Position numbers and translations under genes: made by a program. From the NCBI GenBank assembly GCA_018701215.1, contig JABIWH010000012.1:3164-67163 (forward strand): a stretch of 64,000 nt of DNA, written 5' to 3'. Positions 36,879 to 46,657 of the stretch are shown in pieces (positions within the stretch are counted from its first letter, which is position 1; every line of letters begins with the position of its first letter). This DNA is from Rhodospirillaceae bacterium. Its GTDB lineage: Bacteria > Pseudomonadota > Alphaproteobacteria > GCA-2731375. The notes beneath the pieces were generated by a model, which made no database searches, was not told the DNA's origin, and saw only the letters and a list, made by a program, of their open reading frames with translations.

Positions 36879-38918
36879 CTACTCCGGCACGCCTGCTCTA
36901 GCCAATCCATCCAGGTATAGAGCCAATTGCTCCGAACTCTTGATGTAAAACAATTTCGCCTTGGCATAGCGACGGGAAAATTCCGGCTGCAGCTTCAGCA
37001 GCGACGTTACCGCGGCCGCACAATCATCCGAACGGCCCAGCTGTCCCAACGCGGCGGTCCGGTGCGCATAGGCCCAATACTGGCAGTTTGGCAGGCGGAT
37101 CGCCTTTTCCGCCCACTGAACGGTTTGCTCGTAGTCCTCGGCAAAAAAATGCGCCAGGGAGCGGTAGGTATAAAAAGCCCATAGCTGCGGGTCATTGGGA
37201 CTGAGTTGGATGGCCCGTTCGAATTGTTCAATGGAGGCTTGCAACCGGCCTTCATACGCCAGGCTATCACCCAGGCCGCAATGGGCCATGGCGAGGCCCG
37301 GATTACGCTCCAGTGCCGTCGTCAGATGGGCCAGGGCCTCGTCATATTCACAACGCGCCAGATGCACCCGGCCCAGCATCATATGGGAGACGGCGTTTTG
37401 CTCGTCGATCGCAACGGCCTTGCGCGCGGCGGTCAGGGCGGCATCCAACGCCGCGGCGCTGGGTTCGGTATCAAAGTAGACCATAGAGAGAACCCGGGCA
37501 TAGGACCACCAGGCGTAAGCCGCGCCAAATTCCGGATCCAGTTCGATGCAACGCAAAAACTGCGTCTGGGCCTCCAGATTGTCGTCTGCGGTAAATTTAT
37601 AAAAGCTGGCGAGGCCGAGGTGATAGCAGCTCCAGGCATCAAGGTTTTCGGTTGACCGGCGCATCACGCGGCTGCGTTCCTCGGCGCCGACTACCGGTTC
37701 GATACGTGCGGCGATGGTTTCGGTAATCTCGTCCTGCACCGCGAAAATATCCGCCAGCCCGCGGTCATAGCGCTCCGACCAGATATGTTCCCGGCTAGCC
37801 GCATCCAGCAATTGCGCCGTGATGCGAACTCTCTCACCAGCCTTGCGGATGCTGCCCTCTACCAGATAATCCACGGCAAGGCGGCCGTATTCACCCTCGC
37901 GCCGGGAGGCGGCCGCTTCAAAATCCGTCGAGGCGTGATGGGCAATCACGGAAAGCCAGCGGTTCCGCGCCAAAGCGGCAACAATATCCGCCGTGATGCC
38001 GGAAGCAAAAAACTCCTGATCCGGCTCCACGCTGAGAGAGGCAAAAGGGCGCACGGTGATCCGGGGTTTGTGGGCCTGCCCCGGTAGGGCGTTGATCATG
38101 GCGGCGGCTCTTGGCACCGGATCAGCCGGCGGGCCTGCGACGGCCGCCACATCAGCCTTGGCGCCAGACGAATTGATCTGCTCGTACAGGGCCTTGATGC
38201 GCGCGCCCGGGTCGACCTGCAACTCGTCGCGCAATATTTTCGCGCAGGCACGGTATTGCTGTATGGCAGCACCCGGCTCGCCCGCCTGAAGATGCACCTG
38301 CATCAAGGCCAGGTGCGCACGCTCGTTCAAAGAATCAAAGGCCAATGTCCGATGCGCCAATTGAATGGCGGCATTGATGTCACTCGCACTCAAGGTCATG
38401 TTGGCCAGACGGTCCAGGACACCAACCGCGGCCTCGTTATAACGGATCCGTTCCGCCCGCAGCCATTCATCGAAGGTGCCGTTCTGCGCCTTCATGTCCG
38501 CCAACAAAGGGCCGCCATACAGCCCCGCCGTCGCCACCAGTTGGGCCGGCTGCACCGGCATCTCCGCCGCCGCCAAATGGGCCAGTTGGGACAACGTCTG
38601 GGCATCGACTTGCACGGCCTCCCGCTGCAACCAGACATGGTTGCGATCCGCCCGCAGGGGGCCGTCATCACCGCCCAAGGTTTTTCGCAGCCGGGAGATG
38701 CATTCGCGCAGGCTTTGTCGGGCCTGATCTTCGAACCGCTCGCCCCACAGCAGCGCCATCAGATCCTCCCGGCTGGAAGAGCGCCCCTGGTTGAGACACA
38801 GATAAACCAGCAAAGCCTGGCGCTTTTTGCCGGTTACAGCCAGAATTTCGCCGCTTTCGTCCGACACCGTCAAACGCCCAAATACTTTAATGGATAGTGT
38901 CTTCATGATTCCTGTCAT
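36879..38918 (-). CDS. winged-helix (SARP/BTAD-like) transcriptional regulator with TolB-N-like central domain and C-terminal TPR repeats
   Basis: N-terminal OmpR/PhoB-type DNA-binding region plus BTAD, a central VRPFASLS..DQEFFASGITADIVAALARNRWLSVIA motif, and TPR-like helical repeats at the C-terminus. Confidence 0.75.
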   Translation of the reverse strand: MTGIMKTLSIKVFGRLTVSDESGEILAVTGKKRQALLVYLCLNQGRSSSREDLMALLWGERFEDQARQSLRECISRLRKTLGGDDGPLRADRNHVWLQREAVQVDAQTLSQLAHLAAAEMPVQPAQLVATAGLYGGPLLADMKAQNGTFDEWLRAERIRYNEAAVGVLDRLANMTLSASDINAAIQLAHRTLAFDSLNERAHLALMQVHLQAGEPGAAIQQYRACAKILRDELQVDPGARIKALYEQINSSGAKADVAAVAGPPADPVPRAAAMINALPGQAHKPRITVRPFASLSVEPDQEFFASGITADIVAALARNRWLSVIAHHASTDFEAAASRREGEYGRLAVDYLVEGSIRKAGERVRITAQLLDAASREHIWSERYDRGLADIFAVQDEITETIAARIEPVVGAEERSRVMRRSTENLDAWSCYHLGLASFYKFTADDNLEAQTQFLRCIELDPEFGAAYAWWSYARVLSMVYFDTEPSAAALDAALTAARKAVAIDEQNAVSHMMLGRVHLARCEYDEALAHLTTALERNPGLAMAHCGLGDSLAYEGRLQASIEQFERAIQLSPNDPQLWAFYTYRSLAHFFAEDYEQTVQWAEKAIRLPNCQYWAYAHRTAALGQLGRSDDCAAAVTSLLKLQPEFSRRYAKAKLFYIKSSEQLALYLDGLARAGVPE

Positions 38919-39062
38919 TGCAGCATTGCACGGGCCGTTGCAGGCAATATCTCACAGTTTATTAACGTTCAAAAGCCTTCTGCCTGACGATGGCACAATG
39001 GGCCGGTGCGATATTGCGTCATCGCGGGCAATACACTGCCCGGTTTAAAAGGGAAAAAACAA

Positions 39063-39839
39063 ATGAGCACTGACATACTTGTCGATGCCGACGCCCTAAG
39101 GGAAGATGTGAAGGATAAGTACCGGGATGTCGCGCTCGACCCGCATGGAGAGTTTCATTTCCATACGGGCCGTCCGCTGGCGAAGCGCCTGGGCTATGAC
39201 AATGCGGTTGTTGGCGCCATGCCTGATGCCGCGGTCGAATCTTTCGCGGGCGTCGGCAATCCATTTTCACTGCGCCCATTGCAGGCCGGCGAGCGTGTCG
39301 TCGACCTTGGTTCCGGTGCCGGTTTTGACTGTTTCATCGCGGCCCAGCAGGTTGGCGCCGAAGGTCATGTCATCGGGATCGATATGACGCCGGAAATGCT
39401 GGCCAAGTCGCGCGCTACGGCCCAGGTGATGGATCTGGCACAGGTTGAATTCCGCGAAGGCCTGCTGGAAGAGCTGCCGGTGGAAGACGGCCAGGCGGAT
39501 GTGGTCATCGCCAATGGCGTGATTAACCTTTGTTCCGACAAACAGCAGGTGTTTGCCGAGATTTGGCGCGTCCTGCGGCCAGGCGGCGTGCTGCAGTTCG
39601 CTGATATCGCCAATGGCCGGCCGGTGCCAGAGGCGGCCGTCAACAATATTGATTTGTGGACTGCTTGAATCGCTGGTGGCATGCCGTGTGCAGGCTGGCA
39701 GAAGATGATGTTGGATACGGGCTTCAAGAACGGGCAGATGGGCCCGCCCGTGGATACATTTGGCGGCGCGGGGGGTGAAACCAATGCGCGCCGGTTCGAG
39801 GTTTTCGGTTACGCCTTCATGGCCCAGAAACCTCTATAG
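39063..39839 (+). CDS. ArsM/AS3MT-like SAM-dependent methyltransferase with in-frame TGA (candidate selenocysteine) at 39666..39668; alternatively a pseudogene
   Basis: SAM motif VVDLGSGAGFD. The ORF stops at a TGA exactly where the catalytic Cys of AS3MT (..LWGE-C-LGGALYW..) aligns (IDLWTA-TGA-IAGGMPCAGW). The same frame continues for 56 more conserved codons to a TAG at 39837. Confidence 0.55.
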
Positions 39840-39916
39840 GCGAGACTAACTTTCGGCCCGTCAGCCTCACCCTCTCAAGTGGCTGGCGGGCCGTTTTATT
39901 TTCAACAGCTGTCTTC

Positions 39917-40972
39917 TTATACTGGCTCCAACGGTGCGTTGAGTTCGGTGTCGGCGACAATGATGCCGCCGCGATTGCCGATTTCGATGCTGCCGTAGCG
40001 TTGCGCATAAACCTCCGGCAAAGGCCGGGCGCCGGGAATAGCCAGCCATAGCCGCAACAGATGGCGGCGGCGGGCCAGATCGCCCCATTCCTCATAGGCG
40101 GTGCGGTCATGCAGCAGGGTATGATTGTGAACAAACAGCAAATCGCCCGGCTGCAATGGGAATTCCAGATTTAAGGCCGGGTCGTCAGCCAGAGCGTCGA
40201 ACATGTCCAGAGCTTCATTCTGGGCATCGCTGAGCTGGGGCACGCCTTCCAGGCGTTGCGCCGAGCGGACATAGTGCGGTGCATAGAGCGCGGAAAGATG
40301 GCCTGCATAGGCATTGAATACGGGAATTTCAAAATATTCCCGACCGTCCGCGGTGACCTCGCCACGCCGATCGGTCGCCATGGGCTCGAACAACAGCTTG
40401 GCCAGATCGGGGCGGCGTTGACGCATTTCGTTGTAGATTGTCATGGAACTGACCAGGCCGGACTGCCCGCCCGACTTGGCGCCGCGCAGACACATCAAGC
40501 CGACAATATCGCAAGAATCAGTGTGATAATTCTGCCGCTCCGTGGTTTGGTAAATGCGCACCGAGGCATCGGTGGTGGAGAGGCCCAGGTCGCAGACATG
40601 GCCCAGAATATGGCCCTTGCCGTTCTGCGAGCGGGCTTTGCCCATGTGTGTGCCGATGCCATAGAACAACGCCGCCGCCATCGCGATGTCATCGGCATGC
40701 GAGGGCAGCCCCCGCAGCGCCACGAAGCCGCGCCCATGCAGGCATTCATGCACCGCCCCGGCGATCACCGGCATGCTCTCGGGCAGGGGGAAATCAGCCT
40801 TGGTCATGGCGGCAATGTCGCCGCCCGCTTCAAGGTATGCGCCTGCCTGGGCTTCCATCTCGGCGACCTGCGCATCGTTCAAGGTGACCAGCCAATCGTT
40901 GGCGGCGGCCTGGTCCGGACCATACCAGGCGGATGGTCCGGTGACTTTCGGCGGTAATTCTGCGATTTCCAA
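39917..40972 (-). CDS. TauD/TfdA-family Fe(II)/2-oxoglutarate-dependent dioxygenase
   Basis: HxD iron motif (YHTDSCD), a distal His (LFVHNHTLLHDR) and the 351-aa length typical of the family. Confidence 0.8.
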   Translation of the reverse strand: MEIAELPPKVTGPSAWYGPDQAAANDWLVTLNDAQVAEMEAQAGAYLEAGGDIAAMTKADFPLPESMPVIAGAVHECLHGRGFVALRGLPSHADDIAMAAALFYGIGTHMGKARSQNGKGHILGHVCDLGLSTTDASVRIYQTTERQNYHTDSCDIVGLMCLRGAKSGGQSGLVSSMTIYNEMRQRRPDLAKLLFEPMATDRRGEVTADGREYFEIPVFNAYAGHLSALYAPHYVRSAQRLEGVPQLSDAQNEALDMFDALADDPALNLEFPLQPGDLLFVHNHTLLHDRTAYEEWGDLARRRHLLRLWLAIPGARPLPEVYAQRYGSIEIGNRGGIIVADTELNAPLEPV

Positions 40973-41087
40973 GACTCAGGCACTCCATGGTAGGTGAAAC
41001 GCGCTACGCTTCGACAAATGTTGCAAATACTCTAGCTAATGTATACTGGCCGTCAAATCGCAATGACTATTCTGGAAGGGTAAGGCC

Positions 41088-42482
41088 ATGAGCTTGGCAA
41101 GCAGTGAGGCAACCTTGGGCGTGATCGAAGAACTGCGGGCATTGTTGGGCGAGCGCCTTTCGACCGCCGATGCGGTGCGCGATGCCCATGGCCGTGACGA
41201 AAGCTGGCACCCGACCGAGGCGCCCGATGCGGTGGCCTTTGCGCAATCGACCGAGGAGGTGTCGGCGATTGTGAAAATCTGCCATGCCGCCGGCACCCCG
41301 ATCATCCCGTACGGCGCCGGCACCTCGGTCGAAGGGCATATTCAGGCGACACGGGGGGGCATCTGCGTCGATGTAGGCGGCATGAACGAAGTGTTGGAGG
41401 TTCACGCCGAAGATCTGGATTGCACGGTGCAGCCCGGCGTACGGCGCAAACAGTTGAACGATTACCTGCGCGACACGGGATTGTTCTTTCCCATTGATCC
41501 CGGCGCCGATGCCTCCATCGGCGGCATGACCGGAACCAGGGCTTCGGGCACCAACGCCGTGCGCTACGGCACCATGCGCGAGAACGTCATGTCGTTGACC
41601 GTGGTTCTGGCCAACGGCGAGGTCATTCGCACGGCGCGGCGGGCGCGCAAATCATCCGCCGGCTATGATCTGACACGGCTGTTCGTCGGCTCGGAAGGCA
41701 CCCTGGGCATCATCACCGAGATTACCCTGCGCCTGTACGGCATTCCGGAGAATATATCTTCGGCAGTGGTGCCGTTTGAGACCCTTGAAGGGGCCGTTGA
41801 TACGACGATCTGCACCATTCAGTCCGGCATTCCCATCGCCCGTATTGAGCTTCTGGATGATGTTCAGATGGATGCGCTGAACAGATATTCCAAGATGGAT
41901 CATCCGGTAAAACCAACACTGTTTTTGGAATTCCATGGCACCGACGCCGGCGTGGCCGAACAGATCGCCATGGTCAAGGCCTTTGGCGAGGATTTCGGCG
42001 CCGGTGAGTTCCAATGGTCCGATCAGCTGGAAGACCGCAATCGTCTGTGGCAGGCCCGCCATGATGTGGCCTATGCCTGCAAGGCGCTGCGGCCCGGTTG
42101 CGAGATCTGGGCCACGGATGTCTGCGTGCCGCTTTCACGGCTGGCGGAATGCATCGCGGAAACCCGCAAGGATCTGGAAGGCGCCTCGATCCCCGCGCCG
42201 TTGTGCGGCCATGTTGGTGACGGCAATTTCCACTTGGCTTTTGTTCTGGACCCAAACGTACCGGCGGAAATGCACGAGGCCGAGGAATTGAACGAACGCC
42301 TGGTCAACCGGGCCCTGGCCATGGACGGCACCTGCACCGGCGAACATGGCGTGGGGCTGGGCAAGCAGAAATACATGCGGGCCGAACATGGCGATGCCAT
42401 CGAGGTCATGCGCGCCGTCAAGGCGGCCATTGATCCCGACAACATCATGAACCCCGGCAAAATGCTGCCGCCGCAAAACTAG
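41088..42482 (+). CDS. FAD-linked oxidase (D-lactate dehydrogenase / GlcD-like)
   Basis: N-terminal FAD-binding PCMH domain (IIPYGAGTSVEGH) and a C-terminal FAD-oxidase domain ending in IMNPGKML. Confidence 0.85.
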   Translation: MSLASSEATLGVIEELRALLGERLSTADAVRDAHGRDESWHPTEAPDAVAFAQSTEEVSAIVKICHAAGTPIIPYGAGTSVEGHIQATRGGICVDVGGMNEVLEVHAEDLDCTVQPGVRRKQLNDYLRDTGLFFPIDPGADASIGGMTGTRASGTNAVRYGTMRENVMSLTVVLANGEVIRTARRARKSSAGYDLTRLFVGSEGTLGIITEITLRLYGIPENISSAVVPFETLEGAVDTTICTIQSGIPIARIELLDDVQMDALNRYSKMDHPVKPTLFLEFHGTDAGVAEQIAMVKAFGEDFGAGEFQWSDQLEDRNRLWQARHDVAYACKALRPGCEIWATDVCVPLSRLAECIAETRKDLEGASIPAPLCGHVGDGNFHLAFVLDPNVPAEMHEAEELNERLVNRALAMDGTCTGEHGVGLGKQKYMRAEHGDAIEVMRAVKAAIDPDNIMNPGKMLPPQN

Positions 42483-42495
42483 CGGAGGGAACGTT

Positions 42496-43476
42496 TTGCA
42501 AAAAGGCAATCTGGGCTCCTTGGGGCCGGTCAGCCGGCTGACCTTGGGCGGCGGCGGTCTGGGCCAGCTGTGGGGCCGGACCGATCGGGCGGAGTGCGTC
42601 GCCACCCTGCGGGCGGCGGTGGATGCGGGCATTGATCTGATCGACCTGGCCTACCGCTATGGCGAGGGCGAGGCCGAGGAGGTATTTGGCGAAGCCTTCG
42701 AGGGCCGCCCGCCGGACGCTGTCCGCATCACCTCCAAATGTCTGTTGGGCAATACACCAGGCGACCAGATTGAAGCCCGCCTGCGGCAATCGATCCATGA
42801 CAGTCTGGCCCGTTTGCGGCTGGAACGCCTGGATCTGTTCTTCCTGCATTCCAACATCGCGCCCGACGGCCACCCCATGCAGCGTCATCCCGACGCCGGC
42901 GCCCGCATGACCGCGCAAAGCGATTTCATCGCCACGGTGCGGCCCTGTTTCGAGGCCTTCGTCGCGGAAGGCTTGATCGCTGCCTGGGGTCTGACCGGCA
43001 TCGGCCATCCCGACGCTATTATTGAATTATTGGCCGATAGGCCGGCGCCGGCGGTGGTGCAATGCATCGCCAATGCCATGGATTCGCCCGGCGCCCTGAA
43101 ATTTTACGACGAGCCGGCCCGGCCCCGCGAGGTGATCGCGGCGGCACAGGCGAACGGTGTAGGGGTGATGGGTATCCGCGCGGTCCAGGCCGGTGCCCTG
43201 ACCGACGCCATCGACCGGGACCTGCCCCCTGATCATGGGGAGGTTCGGGATTACAATCGGGCCGGCGCTTACCGCGCCCTGGCAGCGGAATTGGGCCTCT
43301 CGGCAGCTACCCTGGGTCACCGTTATGCGCTAAGCATGGCCGGTGTGGATACGGTGGTTCTGGGGGTGAAAAACCGCGCGGAACTGGCTGAATGCGTGGC
43401 GGCAGCCGAGGCCGGCCCCTTGCCGGATGATATCATGGCGCGGGTGGATGGCTGTTTTACCGGCAATACCAACTAG
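42496..43476 (+). CDS. aldo/keto reductase
   Basis: AKR TIM-barrel signatures (IDLIDLAYRYGEGEAEEVFGEA..., RLDLFFLH). Confidence 0.85.
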   Translation: MQKGNLGSLGPVSRLTLGGGGLGQLWGRTDRAECVATLRAAVDAGIDLIDLAYRYGEGEAEEVFGEAFEGRPPDAVRITSKCLLGNTPGDQIEARLRQSIHDSLARLRLERLDLFFLHSNIAPDGHPMQRHPDAGARMTAQSDFIATVRPCFEAFVAEGLIAAWGLTGIGHPDAIIELLADRPAPAVVQCIANAMDSPGALKFYDEPARPREVIAAAQANGVGVMGIRAVQAGALTDAIDRDLPPDHGEVRDYNRAGAYRALAAELGLSAATLGHRYALSMAGVDTVVLGVKNRAELAECVAAAEAGPLPDDIMARVDGCFTGNTN

Positions 43477-43488
43477 GGTGAAAAGAAC

Positions 43489-44061
43489 GTGAGCACGGGC
43501 GACGCGATTAATACGGACGCAACCGGCGTCACACGACAGGCGATCGTCCTGGTGGACGAACATGACAATCAAGTTGGTCTTTGCGAAAAGTTGGAGGCCC
43601 ATCGTCAGGGCCTGCTGCACCGCGCATTTTCGGTCATCATCAAGAACGATGCCGGACAAATCCTGTTGCAACAACGGGCAGCCGGCAAGTATCACTCGCC
43701 AGGTCTGTGGGCCAATGCCTGTTGCGGACATCCCGGCGAGGGTGATGATGTGGGCCGGGCAGCACGGCGCCGCCTGGGCGAGGAAATGGGTTTCGAGACC
43801 GATTTATACCCTGGCCGGCAGCACAGCTATCGCGCCGATGTGGGCGGCGGTTTGATCGAAAATGAATTCGTGCATGTCTTCTTTGGCTGTTTCAATGGCG
43901 CCATCATGGCCAATGCCGACGAGGCCGCAGATTACCGTTGGCTTGACGCGGATGCCTTGCTGGCCGAGGTGGCCGCCGATCCGGAAAGTTACAGCACTTG
44001 GTTTCGCGACTATCTATTTCATTTCGGCGATGAAATTATCGCCTGGAAACCCGAGATTTAG
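43489..44061 (+). CDS. idi: isopentenyl-diphosphate delta-isomerase, type 1 (Nudix)
   Basis: LHRAFSVIIKN...LLQQRAAGKYHSPGLWANACCGHP and a downstream E-rich Nudix box (GEEMGFE). Confidence 0.85.
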   Translation: MSTGDAINTDATGVTRQAIVLVDEHDNQVGLCEKLEAHRQGLLHRAFSVIIKNDAGQILLQQRAAGKYHSPGLWANACCGHPGEGDDVGRAARRRLGEEMGFETDLYPGRQHSYRADVGGGLIENEFVHVFFGCFNGAIMANADEAADYRWLDADALLAEVAADPESYSTWFRDYLFHFGDEIIAWKPEI

Positions 44062-44066
44062 CGCGT

Positions 44067-45269
44067 TCAAAGACCCAGAACTTGCTTGGCGACAATATTT
44101 CGCTGAATTTCGTTGGAGCCGCCATAGATGGATGAAGCCCGGAAATTCAGGAATTTCGGCACCGCGGGTACCGCATGGACGGGGCCGATGGGTTCAATGT
44201 TGTTGCCGGGCACACGGGCTTCGGGCTGATAGGCCGCGCCGTAATAATGCACCGCCTCGACCATCAGTTCGGTAACCCACTGATTGGTTTCAGAGCCCAG
44301 AACCTTCATGATCGAGCTGGCCGGACCGGGCCTGCCGCGCTGGACAATTTCGGCAATGGTCCGGTGTTCGGTATATTCCGCCGCCTGTTGCTTAATCTCC
44401 GCCGCCGCGACCTTCAGGGCAAAGGCCGGGTCGTCGCCCAAAACGCCACCGGCCGCCGGTTCGGCAGCCGTAATTTCATGCAGCTTGCCAAGCGACGAGG
44501 CGACCATGGCCGCATAGGCGCTGCCGCCGCGTTCGAACTCCAGCAGATATTTGGCCACCGTCCAGCCGTCGTTCTCCTCGCCCAGACGATTTGCCACGGG
44601 GACCCGCACATCATCGAAGAAAACCTGATTAACCTCGTGATCGCCGGCCAGAGTGATGATCGGCTCGACCTTGATGCCTGGATCGTCCATATCGAACAAT
44701 AGGAAACTGATGCCTTCCTGGCGCTTCTCGGTATCGGCGGTGCGCACCAGACAAAAGATCCGGTCCGCATGCTGGGCCCCGGTTGTCCAGATTTTCGAGC
44801 CGTTGATGACATATTCATCACCGTCGCGGACCGCCCGCGTCTGTAACGAGGCCAGATCCGAGCCCGAGCCCGGTTCGGAATAGCCCTGGCACCAGATATC
44901 CTCGCCCGAGAGGATTCTTGGCAGGTAGTGGGCCTTTTGTTCGTCGGTGCCGAACTGCATGATCACCGGGCCGACCAAGGCCAGGCCCATGAGATAGACC
45001 GTTGGTGTGCCCACCTTGCCGGCCTCGGAATCGTAGATATAGCGCTGCATGGGCGTCCAGCCGGTGCCGCCGTATTCAGCCGGCCAGGTCGGCGCGATCC
45101 AGCCCTTTTCGTAGAGGATCTTGTACCAGCGCTGGCTGATATCGAATTCCGCGAAGACACCGGAATTCAGGCGCGTGGCAGCGCGCAGGTCATCCGTCAG
45201 TTTCTCGTCGAAAAAAGCCCGCACCTCGTCGCGGAAAGCCAGATCGTCGGTACTCATTTCCAAATGCAT
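44067..45269 (-). CDS. acyl-CoA dehydrogenase family protein (paralog 1 of 3)
   Basis: 400 aa. It shares ~70% identity by eye with the adjacent gene at 45336 (WCQGYSEPGSGSDLASLQTRA...). Confidence 0.9.
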   Translation of the reverse strand: MHLEMSTDDLAFRDEVRAFFDEKLTDDLRAATRLNSGVFAEFDISQRWYKILYEKGWIAPTWPAEYGGTGWTPMQRYIYDSEAGKVGTPTVYLMGLALVGPVIMQFGTDEQKAHYLPRILSGEDIWCQGYSEPGSGSDLASLQTRAVRDGDEYVINGSKIWTTGAQHADRIFCLVRTADTEKRQEGISFLLFDMDDPGIKVEPIITLAGDHEVNQVFFDDVRVPVANRLGEENDGWTVAKYLLEFERGGSAYAAMVASSLGKLHEITAAEPAAGGVLGDDPAFALKVAAAEIKQQAAEYTEHRTIAEIVQRGRPGPASSIMKVLGSETNQWVTELMVEAVHYYGAAYQPEARVPGNNIEPIGPVHAVPAVPKFLNFRASSIYGGSNEIQRNIVAKQVLGL

Positions 45270-45335
45270 GGATTTGACCTATCCCTTAGAGCAACTTTTC
45301 AGCATCAAATTGTTGCCAAATTTATGCCGTTTGAT

Positions 45336-46538
45336 CTAGAGCCCCAGAACCAACTTGGCCATGATGTTGCGTTGCACTTCCGAGGAACCGGCATAGATCG
45401 TGGCGGCGCGGAAGTTGAGGTACTTCGGCACCACCGGCACGGATTTCGCCGGGCCAATAGGTTCTGCATTGTTGCCGGGTACGCGGGCCTCGGGCTGATA
45501 GGGTGCGGCGTAATATTGCGTCGCTTCAACCGCCAGTTCCGAGATTAACTGATTGTTCTCCGAACCCAGCACTTTCATCATGGAACTGGCAGGACCCGGC
45601 CGCCCGCGCTGGGCAATTTCCGACATAATACGATGCTCTGTCGCCTGCACCGCCATCTGCCGCACTTCCAAGGCGGCCATTTTGGCGGCAAAAGCATCGT
45701 CCTCGATCAGACGGCCGCCGCCGGTCTGCTCGCTCTCGGCAATGGCGCGCAATTTATTCAATGCAGCTTCCAGTACCGTGGCATAGGCCGCACCGCCGCG
45801 TTCGAACTCCAACAAATATTTGGCCACGGTCCAGCCGTCATTCTCCGGCCCGATGCGGTTGGCGATGGGCACGCGCACATCGTCGAGGAAAACCTGATTG
45901 ACCTCGTGATCGCCAGAGATAGAGATAATCGGCTCGATCTTGATGCCTGGCGTGTTCATATCGATCAGAATGAACGAGATGCCCTCCTGCCGTTTGCCTT
46001 CGGTCGAGGTGCGGACCAGACAGAACATGCGGCTGGCGTGCTGCGCGCCGGTGGTCCAAAGCTTGGTGCCGTTGACCACATAGTCGTCGCCGTCAACAAT
46101 GGCCCTGGTCTGCAACGACGCCAGGTCGGAGCCCGAGCCCGGCTCGGAATAACCCTGGCACCAGACATCCTCGCCGGAGCGGATGCGGGGGAGATAAAAA
46201 TTCTTCTGCTCGTCCGTGCCGAATTTCATCACCACGGGCCCGACCATACGCAGGCCCATGGAGAACAGCCGCGGCGCACCGGCGGCACCGGCTTCGGAAT
46301 CGTAGATATACCGTTGCATGGGTGTCCAGCCGGTACCGCCATGCTCCGTCGGCCAGGCCGGCGCGATCCAGCCTTGTTCATAAAGCGCCGTATGCCAGCG
46401 CCGGCCAATCTCGAACTCGGCAAATACGCCGGAGGTCAAATTCGAGGCCTCGCGCATATCGTCGCTCAACTTGGCATCGAAGAACGCCCGCACCTCGTCA
46501 CGAAAGGCGGCGTCTTCCGCCGTCATGGCCATATCCAT
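45336..46538 (-). CDS. acyl-CoA dehydrogenase family protein (paralog 2 of 3)
   Basis: 400 aa, a tandem duplicate of the gene at 44067. Confidence 0.9.
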   Translation of the reverse strand: MDMAMTAEDAAFRDEVRAFFDAKLSDDMREASNLTSGVFAEFEIGRRWHTALYEQGWIAPAWPTEHGGTGWTPMQRYIYDSEAGAAGAPRLFSMGLRMVGPVVMKFGTDEQKNFYLPRIRSGEDVWCQGYSEPGSGSDLASLQTRAIVDGDDYVVNGTKLWTTGAQHASRMFCLVRTSTEGKRQEGISFILIDMNTPGIKIEPIISISGDHEVNQVFLDDVRVPIANRIGPENDGWTVAKYLLEFERGGAAYATVLEAALNKLRAIAESEQTGGGRLIEDDAFAAKMAALEVRQMAVQATEHRIMSEIAQRGRPGPASSMMKVLGSENNQLISELAVEATQYYAAPYQPEARVPGNNAEPIGPAKSVPVVPKYLNFRAATIYAGSSEVQRNIMAKLVLGL

Positions 46539-46657
46539 CTTTACAAACTCCCTATAAACCGGTGCCGTGCCGATGCTGTACCGGTGCCTCTATAACTGAT
46601 GCCATGGTATAATACGAACCCCAGCCGATAAAGCCGATAAAGAAGCATGCAAAGACC

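Noticed and set aside
39669-39839. Possibility that the region after the TGA is a separate small gene, or that the ArsM-like gene is simply truncated
   Set aside because: There is no start codon or RBS after the TGA. The downstream frame continues the ArsM alignment exactly (IAGG...GF). It is therefore kept as one read-through or pseudogene feature rather than two genes.
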